The notes under the pieces were generated by a model, which had not been told where the DNA came from, made no database searches, and saw nothing but the letters and a program-made list of their open reading frames with translations. Shown piece after piece: positions 29,673 through 40,442 of a stretch of 64,000 nucleotides of DNA (its first letter is position 1; every line of letters starts with the position of its first letter). A program made the translations under genes and the position numbers. The stretch is from a virus, in the IMG/VR virus record IMGVR_UViG_3300045007_000107, positions 37,702-101,701 of that record; one strand, given 5' to 3'.

Positions 29673-30008
29673 ATGGCTCTATCGCGTACTGTTCCGACGA
29701 AGGTAGCCGCAAAGGATCGGTCTGCCGTGGCAAGTGCAACAACTCCCGCGACCAAGAGTGATACGGTCACGACCGCCACTCTGGTTCGCGGCAAGACCTA
29801 CGTGTGGAAGAACATCCACTACAAGGTCAACAATCCGGTCGTCGTGGAGGACGCCACGGCTCTGGAACTGGAACAACTCTATCAGGAGGTGCGGGACGCG
29901 GACGGGGAACTCTACGAGAAACCCTATTTCGACATTCAGCGGAACGTGCCTCGACCCGTAGAGGAGGTCTCCGGTCCCACGCCTCGCCGGCTCGCCCTGC
30001 GGCGCTGA
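29673..30008 (+). CDS. Small head-associated hypothetical protein
   Basis: Follows MCP, before the terminator. Confidence 0.65.
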   Translation: MALSRTVPTKVAAKDRSAVASATTPATKSDTVTTATLVRGKTYVWKNIHYKVNNPVVVEDATALELEQLYQEVRDADGELYEKPYFDIQRNVPRPVEEVSGPTPRRLALRR

Positions 30009-30030
30009 TCCCAACCCCGATCTGCTTTCA

Positions 30031-30060
30031 GGGAGTCACTTACGGGTGGCTCCCTTTTTT
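30031..30060 (+). terminator. Rho-independent terminator
   Basis: GGGAGTCACT-TACG-GGTGGCTCCC-TTTTTT. Confidence 0.85.
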
Positions 30061-30073
30061 GTACGAGGGAACC

Positions 30074-30730
30074 ATGGAAACTGTTCTTTGCGGCGTACAG
30101 GACGTTCGGGCGATCACTTCCGTGGCGCGGACGAACAGCGAGTTCGATACAGGAGTCGAGCCCTGGATCATTGCTGCCAGTTCTGCCGTCCGTACCTTTA
30201 CTCGCGCAGGCTTCGACTATGCGCAGTACACCGAGACCTTCCCGACGCGCGACCGGTTCCAGGGCGACCCCTTCACTGTGGGGCTGCGTAACCTGCCCGT
30301 CGATCTCAATAAGCCTATCGAGGTACTCTACAGTAGTCGTGGGCGGTTCCGCGATAACGGTTTCGAGGTAGTACCGGATGTCTATTTCGAGGTAGAGGAC
30401 GCGACAATGGGTCGGCTCTCCGTGGATATCACCACGCGATCCGCTCGCTCGGGACTGCGCGTCACCTATTGGGCGGGGTACCCCCTGAAAGACGCCAATG
30501 CAGGCGGGACGCTCAAGGTGCTGGATGTACCCGACAACATCCGCACCGCAGCCGCGATCCAGGCGGCGTACCTCATGAAGAAGAACAAGGACAATGCGCT
30601 CGGTAAGACGACTGTGCAGTCGAACGAGAACGTGCAAGAGACCTACGACCGTGGCGGATCGACCGGCCTCATTCGCGAGGCGCAGGGTCTCCTGCTCGGC
30701 ATCCGCAAGCCCCTGGTCGGTCGGACCTAA
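30074..30730 (+). CDS. Head-tail adaptor
   Basis: LRVTYWAGY...VPDNIRTAAAIQAA motif typical of connector proteins. Confidence 0.7.
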   Translation: METVLCGVQDVRAITSVARTNSEFDTGVEPWIIAASSAVRTFTRAGFDYAQYTETFPTRDRFQGDPFTVGLRNLPVDLNKPIEVLYSSRGRFRDNGFEVVPDVYFEVEDATMGRLSVDITTRSARSGLRVTYWAGYPLKDANAGGTLKVLDVPDNIRTAAAIQAAYLMKKNKDNALGKTTVQSNENVQETYDRGGSTGLIREAQGLLLGIRKPLVGRT

Positions 30731-30750
30731 CGTGCAGACGGCTGCAAGCT

Positions 30751-31473
30751 ATGGCTGAGCGCTTACAGATCGTACGTAGCCAGATACCTGCGGGGGCGAT
30801 TACAGCCTTCCGCAGGCTTTCTCGTTCTGACGTACTGGAACGTCTTACCGCCCCGAAGTTCGCCGCTGCCTTTGAGGAGTGGCTTATCACGGTGGCGCGA
30901 ACAGCAGCGGCAGACTTCCCGGCACGCAGTGGTCGGGGGCGGCAGGCTCTTATGGCTTCCGCGCGTGTGCGCGGGGGTCGGACCTACGACAGCATCCGGG
31001 GGTATTTCCTTGTCCCATCCAATGTCGCTGTCCCCGAGTACGGTGCCACGGTTCGTCCGAAGAAGGCGACCAAACTGGCAATCCCTCTGCCTGCCGCTCT
31101 CCATCCTGACGGGTCTCCTAAGCGGCGTGGTCCTCTCTCATGGAAGCCGCTCGGCACATTCGTCTATAAGAGCGGCAAAACAGGCCGTAGCTATATCGCG
31201 TATAAGAACCGCAAAGGGCTCGTCCTCCTGTATCTTCTCGTGGACAAAGCAGAGATACCGGGGGGCAGGTATATTCGATCCGCCTTCGACCGTATGCTTC
31301 CGCAACTCTATGCGAAGTTCTATACGATCCTGACGGAGCAGATCAATCTCGTCTACACCGCAAACCTAGAGATCTCGCTCAAGGGCGGCAAGGTCTATGT
31401 CGGTGAAGGCGGTACTCGTCCTCGGGCCTCGAATTGGGCTCGCCCCCTCACCCCGAACCGTATCGGTAAGTAG
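30751..31473 (+). CDS. Neck/tail completion protein
   Basis: Basic; EYGATVRPKKATKLAIP; synteny. Confidence 0.55.
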   Translation: MAERLQIVRSQIPAGAITAFRRLSRSDVLERLTAPKFAAAFEEWLITVARTAAADFPARSGRGRQALMASARVRGGRTYDSIRGYFLVPSNVAVPEYGATVRPKKATKLAIPLPAALHPDGSPKRRGPLSWKPLGTFVYKSGKTGRSYIAYKNRKGLVLLYLLVDKAEIPGGRYIRSAFDRMLPQLYAKFYTILTEQINLVYTANLEISLKGGKVYVGEGGTRPRASNWARPLTPNRIGK

Positions 31474-31475
31474 CC

Positions 31476-31973
31476 ATGCCGCACATCGAAGACGTTCTCG
31501 ACGCTGCCGAACCCACGGTGCAGGACAGGCTAATCGAGGAGCTACAGCGGCGTATACGCGAGATGACGCACGACGACGGTACTCCTATGTGGGAGACGGT
31601 CGTGACCGGATCGGTGGACGCCTATAGCAATATCACCGCACCCGCTCTCGGGATCGACCAGGGCGGCGAGGAGGTTGTGCAATACCTCTACCCGCTCATT
31701 CAAAAAAACATGACTGTATTCTTGGACTTTCGTTTCGAAAAAACTGAAGGTATTGATCCATATAAGGTGTACCGATACTATTTAGGCCGGCTTCAATCCG
31801 CCTTCTTTGGGGATAACGAGCGCCAAACTCTAGGAGGGCGGGTAAACGGTATCTCCGAGACCGGCTCGAACCCTCAGATCGAGGGAGATGCTGACTCCTC
31901 CCCCGGCGGGGTCCTAATGCTTTTAGTGCAGTACGAACACTACCAGGGTGATCCCACCCGAGCGAGAGGATAA
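31476..31973 (+). CDS. Putative tail terminator
   Basis: Size and position before the tail tube gene. Confidence 0.5.
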   Translation: MPHIEDVLDAAEPTVQDRLIEELQRRIREMTHDDGTPMWETVVTGSVDAYSNITAPALGIDQGGEEVVQYLYPLIQKNMTVFLDFRFEKTEGIDPYKVYRYYLGRLQSAFFGDNERQTLGGRVNGISETGSNPQIEGDADSSPGGVLMLLVQYEHYQGDPTRARG

Positions 31974-31977
31974 GACC

Positions 31978-32241
31978 ATGGCAATCGAGAAGCGCGAGAT
32001 CCCCGAGGACAACGCCGACACCCGCGTCAGTTCGGCCAAGGGCGCCAATCCGGCCGAGACCCTCGTGCAGACGGCTGCAAAGGAGCCGACCAAGAAGGCG
32101 GTCAAGGAAAGCCGCCGCACCGATTTCCAAGACGCTCGCGAGTACGACCCCTACCAGGGCGTCGGCGGCACCTTCACCATCAACGACAAGGGCGAGCGAG
32201 TCCGCGTCAACGACAAGGGCGAAGAGATCAAGGGCGAGTAA
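31978..32241 (+). CDS. Small hypothetical structural protein
   Basis: GAGGA RBS; codon bias. Confidence 0.65.
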   Translation: MAIEKREIPEDNADTRVSSAKGANPAETLVQTAAKEPTKKAVKESRRTDFQDAREYDPYQGVGGTFTINDKGERVRVNDKGEEIKGE

Positions 32242-32284
32242 TCCTCGCGCCGTCCCCGCAGCTATTCACAGGAGTTAGGTATCA

Positions 32285-33835
32285 ATGGCCCCCTATCCGG
32301 CAATGACCCGCCGCTCGCTCTTGCTGGCGAAAGTCGAAGGCACCATCAACGAGGATGCGCGTCCGACCCCGCAGGCGGACGCTTTTCTCGTGGCGGACGC
32401 CGATATCCGTACCGATGCCAACGTGCTGGAACGGAACTTCTACAAGACCTCGCTGTCGAACCTCCCCATCGCGGTCGGCCGCAAGCTGGCCTCGATCACC
32501 TTCCGTCACGAGGTGAAGGGCGCGGGTGTTGTCGGCGCACAGTCGGCCCTCGGCAAGCTGCTCCGCATGTGCGGCTTCGCGCAGACCGCGATCAGTGCGA
32601 CCGCCGCTGCCACGATCTCCGGTCCCCTGGCCGATCCGCTCAACACGGGTCCGGCCGTGACCTGGGGCAAGACGGCTCCGGCCACTGCGAACTTCGGTCG
32701 CTACAACCTCCGTGTGGTGACGGCAGGAGCCTCGGGCGCCGCCAAGGTGCGGATCAGCGGCACCGGTCATGACGCGACGGACAATGGCCTCCTGCTCAGC
32801 GAGGACTTCTCCGCAATCGTCATGAACCAGCAGCGCAACGGTTCGGTCGTGACCGTGTCCGACGCCAACCCGACCGCACCGACCTATACCGTGACCGGCA
32901 ACCCCATCGAGGGCGAAGTGATCGCGGTCTCGGTCGGCGGCTACCGCGCCAAGTACACCGTGGGCGCGGGACCTAGCGTGGCGTCCGTGGCGGCCGGCAT
33001 CGCCGGGGCGATCAACGGTCTCGGTGTGCCGGCCTTCAACGCTGCCGCCGCTGCGGGCGTGGTCACGGTCACGGTGACGGGCGGAACGGTCACAGCCACT
33101 TCCGGCGAGCCCTTCGCCTTGGGCGTCACCGGTGCCGAGGTGTCGATGACCTTCGGCGGTGCGCTGGCTCTCAATGACAAGTGGTCGATCGATCTTCTGT
33201 CGCCGGGCCTGCACTACACTCCTGTCTCGACCGGCTTCGAGACGGGTACGATCTACATGTACTACGAGAACCAGCTTCACAAGCTGACGGGCTGCATCGG
33301 CACAGTCTCGTTCACCTGTGAGGCGGGCGCCTACGCGACGGCGAGCTTCACGCTGACGGGTCAGTATTACAACCCCGAGGACGCGCTGCTCCCGCTCACC
33401 CCCGTGGTCGAGATGTCGCGCCCGCAACAGGTCGAACTGGCGCAACTGCAACTCGGCAACCTGCGGGCTCTCCGGGCGCAGTCGTTCTCCATCGACATGG
33501 CGGTCACCACGTCGCCGCGCGACAGCGTGTCCCACAAGGATGGCTACGACGGCATCCTCTACACGGGCCGCGCACCGTCCGGTGGTCTCAACCCCGAGAT
33601 GACGTACGAGAGCGAGGAGCCGTACTGGCGTTACATGACGTTCGCCAACCTGCTCCGCTACCACGCGCGGGTGGGTACCGAGCCCGGCAACATCGTGCGG
33701 TTCATCTCCAACTCCGCGCAGGTGTCGAGCATCGGCTACACGGATCGCAACAACAACCGTGTCTACGATATGAGCGTCCGGTTCTCGCAGGAGTTCTCGG
33801 CCGGCGACGACGAAATCCGCATCGTCATCCAGTAA
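32285..33835 (+). CDS. Major tail (tube) protein with inserted accessory domains
   Basis: LLLAKVE...ALGKLLRMCGF...YTPVS...HKLTGCIG; lies before chaperone and TMP. Confidence 0.75.
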   Translation: MAPYPAMTRRSLLLAKVEGTINEDARPTPQADAFLVADADIRTDANVLERNFYKTSLSNLPIAVGRKLASITFRHEVKGAGVVGAQSALGKLLRMCGFAQTAISATAAATISGPLADPLNTGPAVTWGKTAPATANFGRYNLRVVTAGASGAAKVRISGTGHDATDNGLLLSEDFSAIVMNQQRNGSVVTVSDANPTAPTYTVTGNPIEGEVIAVSVGGYRAKYTVGAGPSVASVAAGIAGAINGLGVPAFNAAAAAGVVTVTVTGGTVTATSGEPFALGVTGAEVSMTFGGALALNDKWSIDLLSPGLHYTPVSTGFETGTIYMYYENQLHKLTGCIGTVSFTCEAGAYATASFTLTGQYYNPEDALLPLTPVVEMSRPQQVELAQLQLGNLRALRAQSFSIDMAVTTSPRDSVSHKDGYDGILYTGRAPSGGLNPEMTYESEEPYWRYMTFANLLRYHARVGTEPGNIVRFISNSAQVSSIGYTDRNNNRVYDMSVRFSQEFSAGDDEIRIVIQ

Positions 33836-33857
33836 GCGTGCAGCCGTCTGCAAGCCC

Positions 33858-33892
33858 GCCCACCGATGGTTTCGACTGTCGGTGGGCTTTTT
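33858..33892 (+). terminator. Rho-independent terminator
   Basis: GCCCACCGATGG...CTGTCGGTGGGC-TTTTT. Confidence 0.8.
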
Positions 33893-34122
33893 AATGGAGT
33901 ACGTCATGCGCAAAAGATTTGTGTATCTTGTAGGCATAGGAAGCGCACAGTACACTCCTGACGGTGAAGAGATCCTGATCGTCTACTCTACCTGTGCCAC
34001 CCGGAAGCAGGCCGAGAAGCGTCAGAAGCGAAACCCCGGCACCGCGATCTTCAAACGAGAGGCACACGACTAAGCATTGAAGATCGCCATCTATCAGGCC
34101 CTCACAGAGGATCAGGCAGACA

Positions 34123-34922
34123 ATGGCTTTGACAGGTACTCGGCTCAACGAGCCCTTCACGTGGTCTCCCGAAGCGGAGATGAAGCTGAAACCGGCTGAT
34201 CGCTCCGTCTTTACGTTCGTCCTTCCGTCGGCTGGCATTCGCGCCATGATTTTCGACGGCGTGCTGGTGATGCAGCAGGACGACCAGGGTCGGCTCAATC
34301 AGGTCATGCGCAACGGCCACCGCAACATCGAACTGATGCGGTTCTGCCTGCGCAACGTGACCCACTTCCACGATCCCGACAAGAAGCCCATCGAATACGA
34401 GCGCGTGTCTCGTTTCGTGGACGGCGTCGAGTACGAGAACGCGTCCGACGCGTACATCTCGCGGCTTCCGCTCGCCATCATCAACGAGGCAGCGAACATG
34501 CTGGTCGAGAAGATCAGCCTGGAAGGCGGGCTGGCAAAAAAATAACCGACGCCGTTACAGCGGTCCAACTGTTTCCCGAGTTCGACTGCGCGAAGTGCTC
34601 GGCGAGACAGAAGCTTGAGAGGGGATGTGAAACGGACGCCCCCTTCGAGTATTGGACGGACATCGAGGGCGAGCCTCGCAACCGGTGTCCTCGGCGGCCG
34701 ATTTACGAAGATCCACGCTGGTTTAACGCGATAATCTCCGCCTACAACGGATACAAAAATGGTTTCCTGCCCCACGCAGGAGGCATGATGGATCAGCCCG
34801 CCCTGTTTGGCGATGTAATGTCGGTGCTGGATCACGCTCTCGCTGAATGCGCCAAGGTGCCTAAGCCGAGTAGCAGTACCCAGCCAGACGCCAAGGGGCA
34901 GGTCAGCGTGTTGAGGCGGTGA
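34123..34922 (+). CDS. Tail assembly chaperone G (34123-34545) and -1 frameshift product GT (to 34922)
   Basis: GCA AAA AAA TAA slippery site at 34536-34542; the -1 frame is open to TGA at 34922 and contains LPHAGGMMDQP. Confidence 0.85.
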
Positions 34923-34923
34923 T

Positions 34924-37900
34924 ATGGCAGTCGAAGGTGGTTACGGCTCGGCCGCGCAGTTCCAGCTTATGGCGCGTGCGGCCGAAGGTGCGACCGGGCA
35001 GGTTGGCCGGCTCGTGCAGAACATCGCCGCCATCCAAGGCGTCGTTGGTACGGTCACCTTCGCTGCCCGCGCCTTCTCCCAACTAGAGCAGCAGCTAACC
35101 CTCACGAACGCGGTCGCGGAGGGTACGGGCGCAACGTTCCGGCAGATGGAACAGACCGTCCGCGACGCTGCGCTCGCGATGAAGTTCTCGGCGACGGAAG
35201 GGGCGAACGCGCTCTACTTCCTTGCCTCGGCCGGTCTCTCTGTGCAGCAGTCGATCAGCGCCTTGCAGGGCGTCATGGTCCTGGCACAGGCGACGATGAC
35301 CGACGTGGGTACCGCTGCCGATACCATCGCGGGTGCCCTGTCCGCATTCCAGCTTCGGGCGAACCAATCGACCCGCGTCGCCAACCTGTTCGCCGCCGCC
35401 ATTGCGCAGTCGCAGGCCGACATCAACAAGCTGGCCTTCTCGTTCCGTCAGGTCGCCCCGGTCGCGGGTGCCATGGGCGTGTCTATCGAGAAGACGACCG
35501 CCGCCCTGTCGGTGCTCTACAACGTCGGTCTCCGTGGTGAGCAGGCCGGTACCGCGCTCCGCAACATCCTCGTGAACCTGTCCCGTCCCACCGACGAGGC
35601 GGCCGAAGCCCTGTACGGTCTCGGGATCGCCACGAAGACGGCGGACGGGCAGGCGCGCGACCTGTTCGAAACCATCAACGACCTGTCGAAGGCGAACCCG
35701 AACGCGGCCACCCTCACCAAGCTGTTCGGCCTCGATGCTCTCGCGGGTGCGCAGGCCCTTATCAACGCGGCCGACAGCGAGCGGTATCAGGCACGCGTCA
35801 CCCCTGGAAATTCCCGCTACGACAAGGAATTTGCGGATCGCGCAGAAGAGATCGCTCAGCGCGTCGGCAAGAGCGCTCGGGATATCCGCAACGAACTGGA
35901 ACTCACCCTCACGGGCGAGACGGGCACGAACGCCGCGTTCAAGATTGCCGCCCAGCAGATGGCGACGCTCTCCGGTTCGTTCGCGACGGCCCGTAACGCG
36001 GCGGTGGAACTCGGCATCTCGCTCGGGCAGACCCTCGCTCCGACCTTGCAGACGGCTGCAAACATCGTCACGGACCTGGGCGTCGCCTTCCGGGGCCTGA
36101 GCGGTCACCAGCAGGATATGATCACGAAGCTGCCGCTGATCGCGGGCGGTATCTATGCCGTCACGAAGGCGGCCGGTCCCCTGATGAACATGTTCCGCAG
36201 TGGCCTCGGCTTTGCGGAAGGTACCTCGGCACTCGCGATGGGTGCGGCGGGGCTGGCGGGCGCACGCGGATCGTTCCAGAATTCGTCGTTCAACCAGTAC
36301 CGTCGCGACTACGAAAGCGTGTCGGGCGTCACAGGCTGGCGTTCGTTCGCCCCTGCCCTCGCCGAGGCTTCGAAACAGGCCAATAAGCCGGGAGAAGCTG
36401 GCGTACAGGGCTTTACGGCCGTGGGCGGTCTCCTAGGTCGTATCGCCGTTGCCACGGCTGGTAGCGCGGCCACTCTCCTGCTTCTCTACGAGGTGGGTAA
36501 GCTCGTCTACGATTTCGTGAAGACGGATCGTCGGGCGAAGTCCGATGCACCCGTAGTCGATCTCGGCAACAACCTGTCGCGGCAGGCGCAGAGTATCCTT
36601 CTGACAGGCACCACGCCCTACGAGCGCGAGCAGCAGCTTCGTGACCTCGCCAAGGCGGGCCGTGAGCAGCTTACGTCCGGTCAAGCGAGCCAGGGCGTGT
36701 ATGCTCAACAATACATGCAGGCCGGCAATCAGGCGCGTGCTCTTGCGAGCCGGATGCCGATCGGTGAGCTTCGGGGCGCCAATCTCAACGAGTTGACCCG
36801 CCTTCTGATTGGCGAGGGCGGCAAGCCGCTCGACGTGAAGCAAATCCGTGACCGCTTCCGTGACGACAACACGTCGGTGCTCGGTTACTCCATCGACCGC
36901 TTGTCGGGCGTGAGCGACGAGGACATCAAGCGTCTCTCCGACGAAGTGGTCAAGGTCAATCAAGCCAAGTCCAACGTCGATGCCGTCAAGGAAAGCGTCA
37001 AGGGCCTACAGGCGGCTATCGACAGCATCGGCCGGCTCGCGGAAACCGAGACGCAGAACAAGGACTATGCCTCTAGCAAGCAGACGGCTGTTCTTAGCAA
37101 TGCGATCACGGCGGATGTGCAACGCCTGCAATCGAACTTCGTGGACAAGAAGTTCGTGCAGGGATTCGAGCGCGCGGCCCGTGAAGCCGAGAATACCTAC
37201 AACCAGCTTCGCGCCAAGCTGACGAACGACCCCTTCGAGAGCTTCGTGTCCGACGTTGCGACCGCCCGCTACGAGGCGGCCAAGCGCGTTACGGACATCG
37301 CTACGAAGGCGACGAACGACATTCGTCAGCAGTTCTCGTCGCAGATCGCCGGCAAGGGCGACGTGGCGGCCATGCTCTCGGGAGCCGAGTTCGCCGAAAG
37401 CGTCTTGCAGACGGATGCAAGCGGCAAGCAGTTCTATCAGTCCGACCCGAGCAAGATGCAGCAGAACGTTGCTGCTATGCTGGAACGGGGCGGGTTCTCC
37501 AAGGAACAGATCCTCGCCCGCTACGACCAAGTCGTGGCCGAGGCGATGGCACGCATCAACACGACGGAGCCGCAGACCCTCGACGCGCTGCGCAAGATCA
37601 CCGCCGCGAACCGTAAGACGTTCGAGAAGCTGATCGAGACGCGCGAACTCGAAGAGATCCAGCAACTCCGTACCGCCCGGCAGGACACGCAGTCTCGCCG
37701 GGACTATGTCATTGCGATGCGCGAACGTCTCGTGCAGGGCCAGAACGAGGTCTACCGCCAACTGGCTGCGGGCGCGGCCGAGATCGACCCGACCGTCAAT
37801 GCTCAGCAGGCGCTTCGCGAACTGTTCTCCTCGCGTCAGTCTTCGAAGAACCAGCTACAGGAATTCGAAGACGCCTACTTCCGCATGTTCGCGCCGGATA

Positions 37901-40086
37901 CTCCGGTTGGCGAGCGGATGAACACGCCTGCGGGGCAGGAATTCGAGAAGTACCGGGAGACGTTCAACCGTAACCTCAACGCGCTGTTCTCGACGGGTAT
38001 CGACAACATCGTGCGTGACGCTCGCGCGGCTCGTGCCAAGGCGCTCGACACCCTGCGGACCAACGCCTCCGACATCAAGGCGCAGCAGGCACAGATCGCG
38101 GCCGAACTCTACACCTTCACCGGTGACCCGTCCTTCCTCGCCGAGGCGGTGACGGCAGACGCGCGTCGGGCCACGGCCGACATTGACCGTAGCATCGCTG
38201 GCCTGCGTGAGCGCAGCCGTACCCTTGTGAACGGTCTCGGGCGGCTTAACGCGACCCAAGGGCTCGACCTTCCCGCCGTGCCCGAGTTGCAGGTTCCGGC
38301 TGCGACCCTGCAATTCCAGAACCGTTCGGTCGAGCTTCTGCAACAGATCGAGACGAATACGAAGCAGAACCAGCAGGTTGCGGGCGTGCCCGGTATCGGT
38401 GTCACCGCCGGTTCTCTGCCGTCGTTTGCACGTATGCCGCTCGGCACCAGCATCGGTGCGATGATCGAGAACCTGACGGCGGGTTCCGGTGTGTCGCCCG
38501 AATACATGAAGCGTCTCGTGCAGATCGAGAGCGGCGGCAACCCGAACGCCTACAACAAGAGTGGCGCGTCGGGTCTCCTACAGTTCATGCCGAAGACGGC
38601 GGCGGCGTACGGTCTCAGTGATCCGTTCGACCCGCAAAGCTCCCTCGTGGCCGGCAACCGGCTAACCCTCGATAATCAAGCGTATCTGCGCCGCGTGCTC
38701 GGTCGCGATCCTACTTACGGGGAACTCTACCTCGGCCACCAGCAAGGCGCGGGCGGGGCTGCAAAGCTCCTCAGCAACCCGAATGCGCTTGCAGCGGATA
38801 TCGTCGGTCGCAAAGCCGTCACCCAAAACGGCGGCTTGCCCTCGATGACGGCGGCAGAGTTTGCCGGTCTCTGGACCAGTAAGTTCAACGACTTGCAGCC
38901 GTCTGCAAGCGGCGGGGGTGACGTGGCCGCCTCGCAGGGCAAGATCACGACAGCAACGCGCGAACTCAACGAAGCGTATCGCGGGCAGCAGGCTGAGCTT
39001 GAGAAGATCAAGCAAATCGCCGGCACCTATTCGAGCGACATCACCACGCTTGTCGAAAAGCTTAAGGAGCAGGGCGCGACGGAGCAGCAGATCGCGGCCG
39101 TCAAGAAGTACGTGGCCGATGGTTCGGTGCAAGTGGTCGAGAAGACCAAGCAAGAGATCGCGGCCAACGGCGAACTCATCACTCGTCTGCAACAGTTGAA
39201 GGAAGCGAAGCTCGCCTACTTCAACTCTTCGGGTATGCAGGCGTACAACGCGTGGCAGCTTGAGGGTCAGAACCTCGACGCTATGGGTAAGTCGCTGGAA
39301 CGCTACGGCACCGTGGCCGATGGCCTACAGTTCGCTTTCGCCAAGATGCGCCACAATGCGAGCACGGACTTCCAGATCGCGTCCGAAGCTATGATGAGCT
39401 TCACGGACAAGGGCGCGGGCCTCATCACCGGCCTGATCACCGGTACGGAGAAGGATTGGAAGACGGCGGCGGCGAACATGCTCCGTGAGATCTCCCAGGT
39501 TATCATGAAGGCGCTGATCATGCGCGCCCTCACCGGCATTACGGGCGGCAGTGGCGATGGGTCGGGCGGCGGTATCCTCGGCTTCTTCACCGGTCTGTTC
39601 GGCGGTGGCGGCGGGGGTGGTGCCGATGCGGCGTTCCCTGGCACGGTTGCTCCCCTGGGCGGCGACGTGTGGCACGCGGACGGCGCTATCGTCAACAGCG
39701 TCAAGAACTTCAAGACCACGGACGGGCGCAACAACAAGGCGGCCGAGACGGGGACGCCCGAAGCGATCCTGCCCCTTCGTCGCGGCAAGGGCGGTCGCCT
39801 CGGCGTGGACATCGCGGGCGCACAGACCCCGACCATCCTGCCTATCGTGCAGCCGTCTGCAAGCGGTGGCGGAGGTACGGTCAACTTCAACCCGACCTTC
39901 GCTCCGACCTTCCAGGGCGGCGGTGCTGGCGGACAGGGCGGCCAACCCCCGAGCCAAGAGCAGATGGCCTCGATGCAGCGGGACTTCGATCAGAGCATGG
40001 AAGCCACCTTCCTCGACTTTGTCAACAAGCACAGTAAGCCGGGCGGGGTTCTGCACGGCATGACTGCCAAGTACGGACAAGCCTGA
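34924..40086 (+). CDS. Tape measure protein with lytic transglycosylase domain
   Basis: TP901-type TMP core (GLRGEQAGTALRN); SLT motifs IESGGNPNA and GASGLLQFMPKTA. Confidence 0.92.
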   Translation: MAVEGGYGSAAQFQLMARAAEGATGQVGRLVQNIAAIQGVVGTVTFAARAFSQLEQQLTLTNAVAEGTGATFRQMEQTVRDAALAMKFSATEGANALYFLASAGLSVQQSISALQGVMVLAQATMTDVGTAADTIAGALSAFQLRANQSTRVANLFAAAIAQSQADINKLAFSFRQVAPVAGAMGVSIEKTTAALSVLYNVGLRGEQAGTALRNILVNLSRPTDEAAEALYGLGIATKTADGQARDLFETINDLSKANPNAATLTKLFGLDALAGAQALINAADSERYQARVTPGNSRYDKEFADRAEEIAQRVGKSARDIRNELELTLTGETGTNAAFKIAAQQMATLSGSFATARNAAVELGISLGQTLAPTLQTAANIVTDLGVAFRGLSGHQQDMITKLPLIAGGIYAVTKAAGPLMNMFRSGLGFAEGTSALAMGAAGLAGARGSFQNSSFNQYRRDYESVSGVTGWRSFAPALAEASKQANKPGEAGVQGFTAVGGLLGRIAVATAGSAATLLLLYEVGKLVYDFVKTDRRAKSDAPVVDLGNNLSRQAQSILLTGTTPYEREQQLRDLAKAGREQLTSGQASQGVYAQQYMQAGNQARALASRMPIGELRGANLNELTRLLIGEGGKPLDVKQIRDRFRDDNTSVLGYSIDRLSGVSDEDIKRLSDEVVKVNQAKSNVDAVKESVKGLQAAIDSIGRLAETETQNKDYASSKQTAVLSNAITADVQRLQSNFVDKKFVQGFERAAREAENTYNQLRAKLTNDPFESFVSDVATARYEAAKRVTDIATKATNDIRQQFSSQIAGKGDVAAMLSGAEFAESVLQTDASGKQFYQSDPSKMQQNVAAMLERGGFSKEQILARYDQVVAEAMARINTTEPQTLDALRKITAANRKTFEKLIETRELEEIQQLRTARQDTQSRRDYVIAMRERLVQGQNEVYRQLAAGAAEIDPTVNAQQALRELFSSRQSSKNQLQEFEDAYFRMFAPDTPVGERMNTPAGQEFEKYRETFNRNLNALFSTGIDNIVRDARAARAKALDTLRTNASDIKAQQAQIAAELYTFTGDPSFLAEAVTADARRATADIDRSIAGLRERSRTLVNGLGRLNATQGLDLPAVPELQVPAATLQFQNRSVELLQQIETNTKQNQQVAGVPGIGVTAGSLPSFARMPLGTSIGAMIENLTAGSGVSPEYMKRLVQIESGGNPNAYNKSGASGLLQFMPKTAAAYGLSDPFDPQSSLVAGNRLTLDNQAYLRRVLGRDPTYGELYLGHQQGAGGAAKLLSNPNALAADIVGRKAVTQNGGLPSMTAAEFAGLWTSKFNDLQPSASGGGDVAASQGKITTATRELNEAYRGQQAELEKIKQIAGTYSSDITTLVEKLKEQGATEQQIAAVKKYVADGSVQVVEKTKQEIAANGELITRLQQLKEAKLAYFNSSGMQAYNAWQLEGQNLDAMGKSLERYGTVADGLQFAFAKMRHNASTDFQIASEAMMSFTDKGAGLITGLITGTEKDWKTAAANMLREISQVIMKALIMRALTGITGGSGDGSGGGILGFFTGLFGGGGGGGADAAFPGTVAPLGGDVWHADGAIVNSVKNFKTTDGRNNKAAETGTPEAILPLRRGKGGRLGVDIAGAQTPTILPIVQPSASGGGGTVNFNPTFAPTFQGGGAGGQGGQPPSQEQMASMQRDFDQSMEATFLDFVNKHSKPGGVLHGMTAKYGQA

Positions 40087-40442
40087 TGCCCCTACCTGTC
40101 TTTCCTCCGAACAACGGGCGAGAGCCGATCTGGACCTCGCCCGTCAACGTCACCGCGAAGGTGCTCGAAAACGAGTTTGGTGACGGCTACACCCAGCGGG
40201 CGGCCGATGGGATCAACAACGTCAAAGAGACGTGGGAGCTTTCGTGGAAGAACCTCACCACGCCCGAGAAGGAAGCGCTCGACAACTTCCTGCGCGAGCG
40301 TGCCGGCTTCCGCGCCTTCGCGTGGCGAGCGTTCGGTGCGCCCCCCAAAGCCTACTCCTGCAAGACGTGGAAGTTCGTGCCGACCCAGGCCGGCTATTGG
40401 GATGGTAGTGCTTCCCTTCGTCAAGAATTCGAGGCTGTGTGA
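40086..40442 (+). CDS. Distal tail protein (lambda gpM-like)
   Basis: FGDGYTQRAADGIN...FL...AF.W. Confidence 0.85.
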   Translation: MPLPVFPPNNGREPIWTSPVNVTAKVLENEFGDGYTQRAADGINNVKETWELSWKNLTTPEKEALDNFLRERAGFRAFAWRAFGAPPKAYSCKTWKFVPTQAGYWDGSASLRQEFEAV

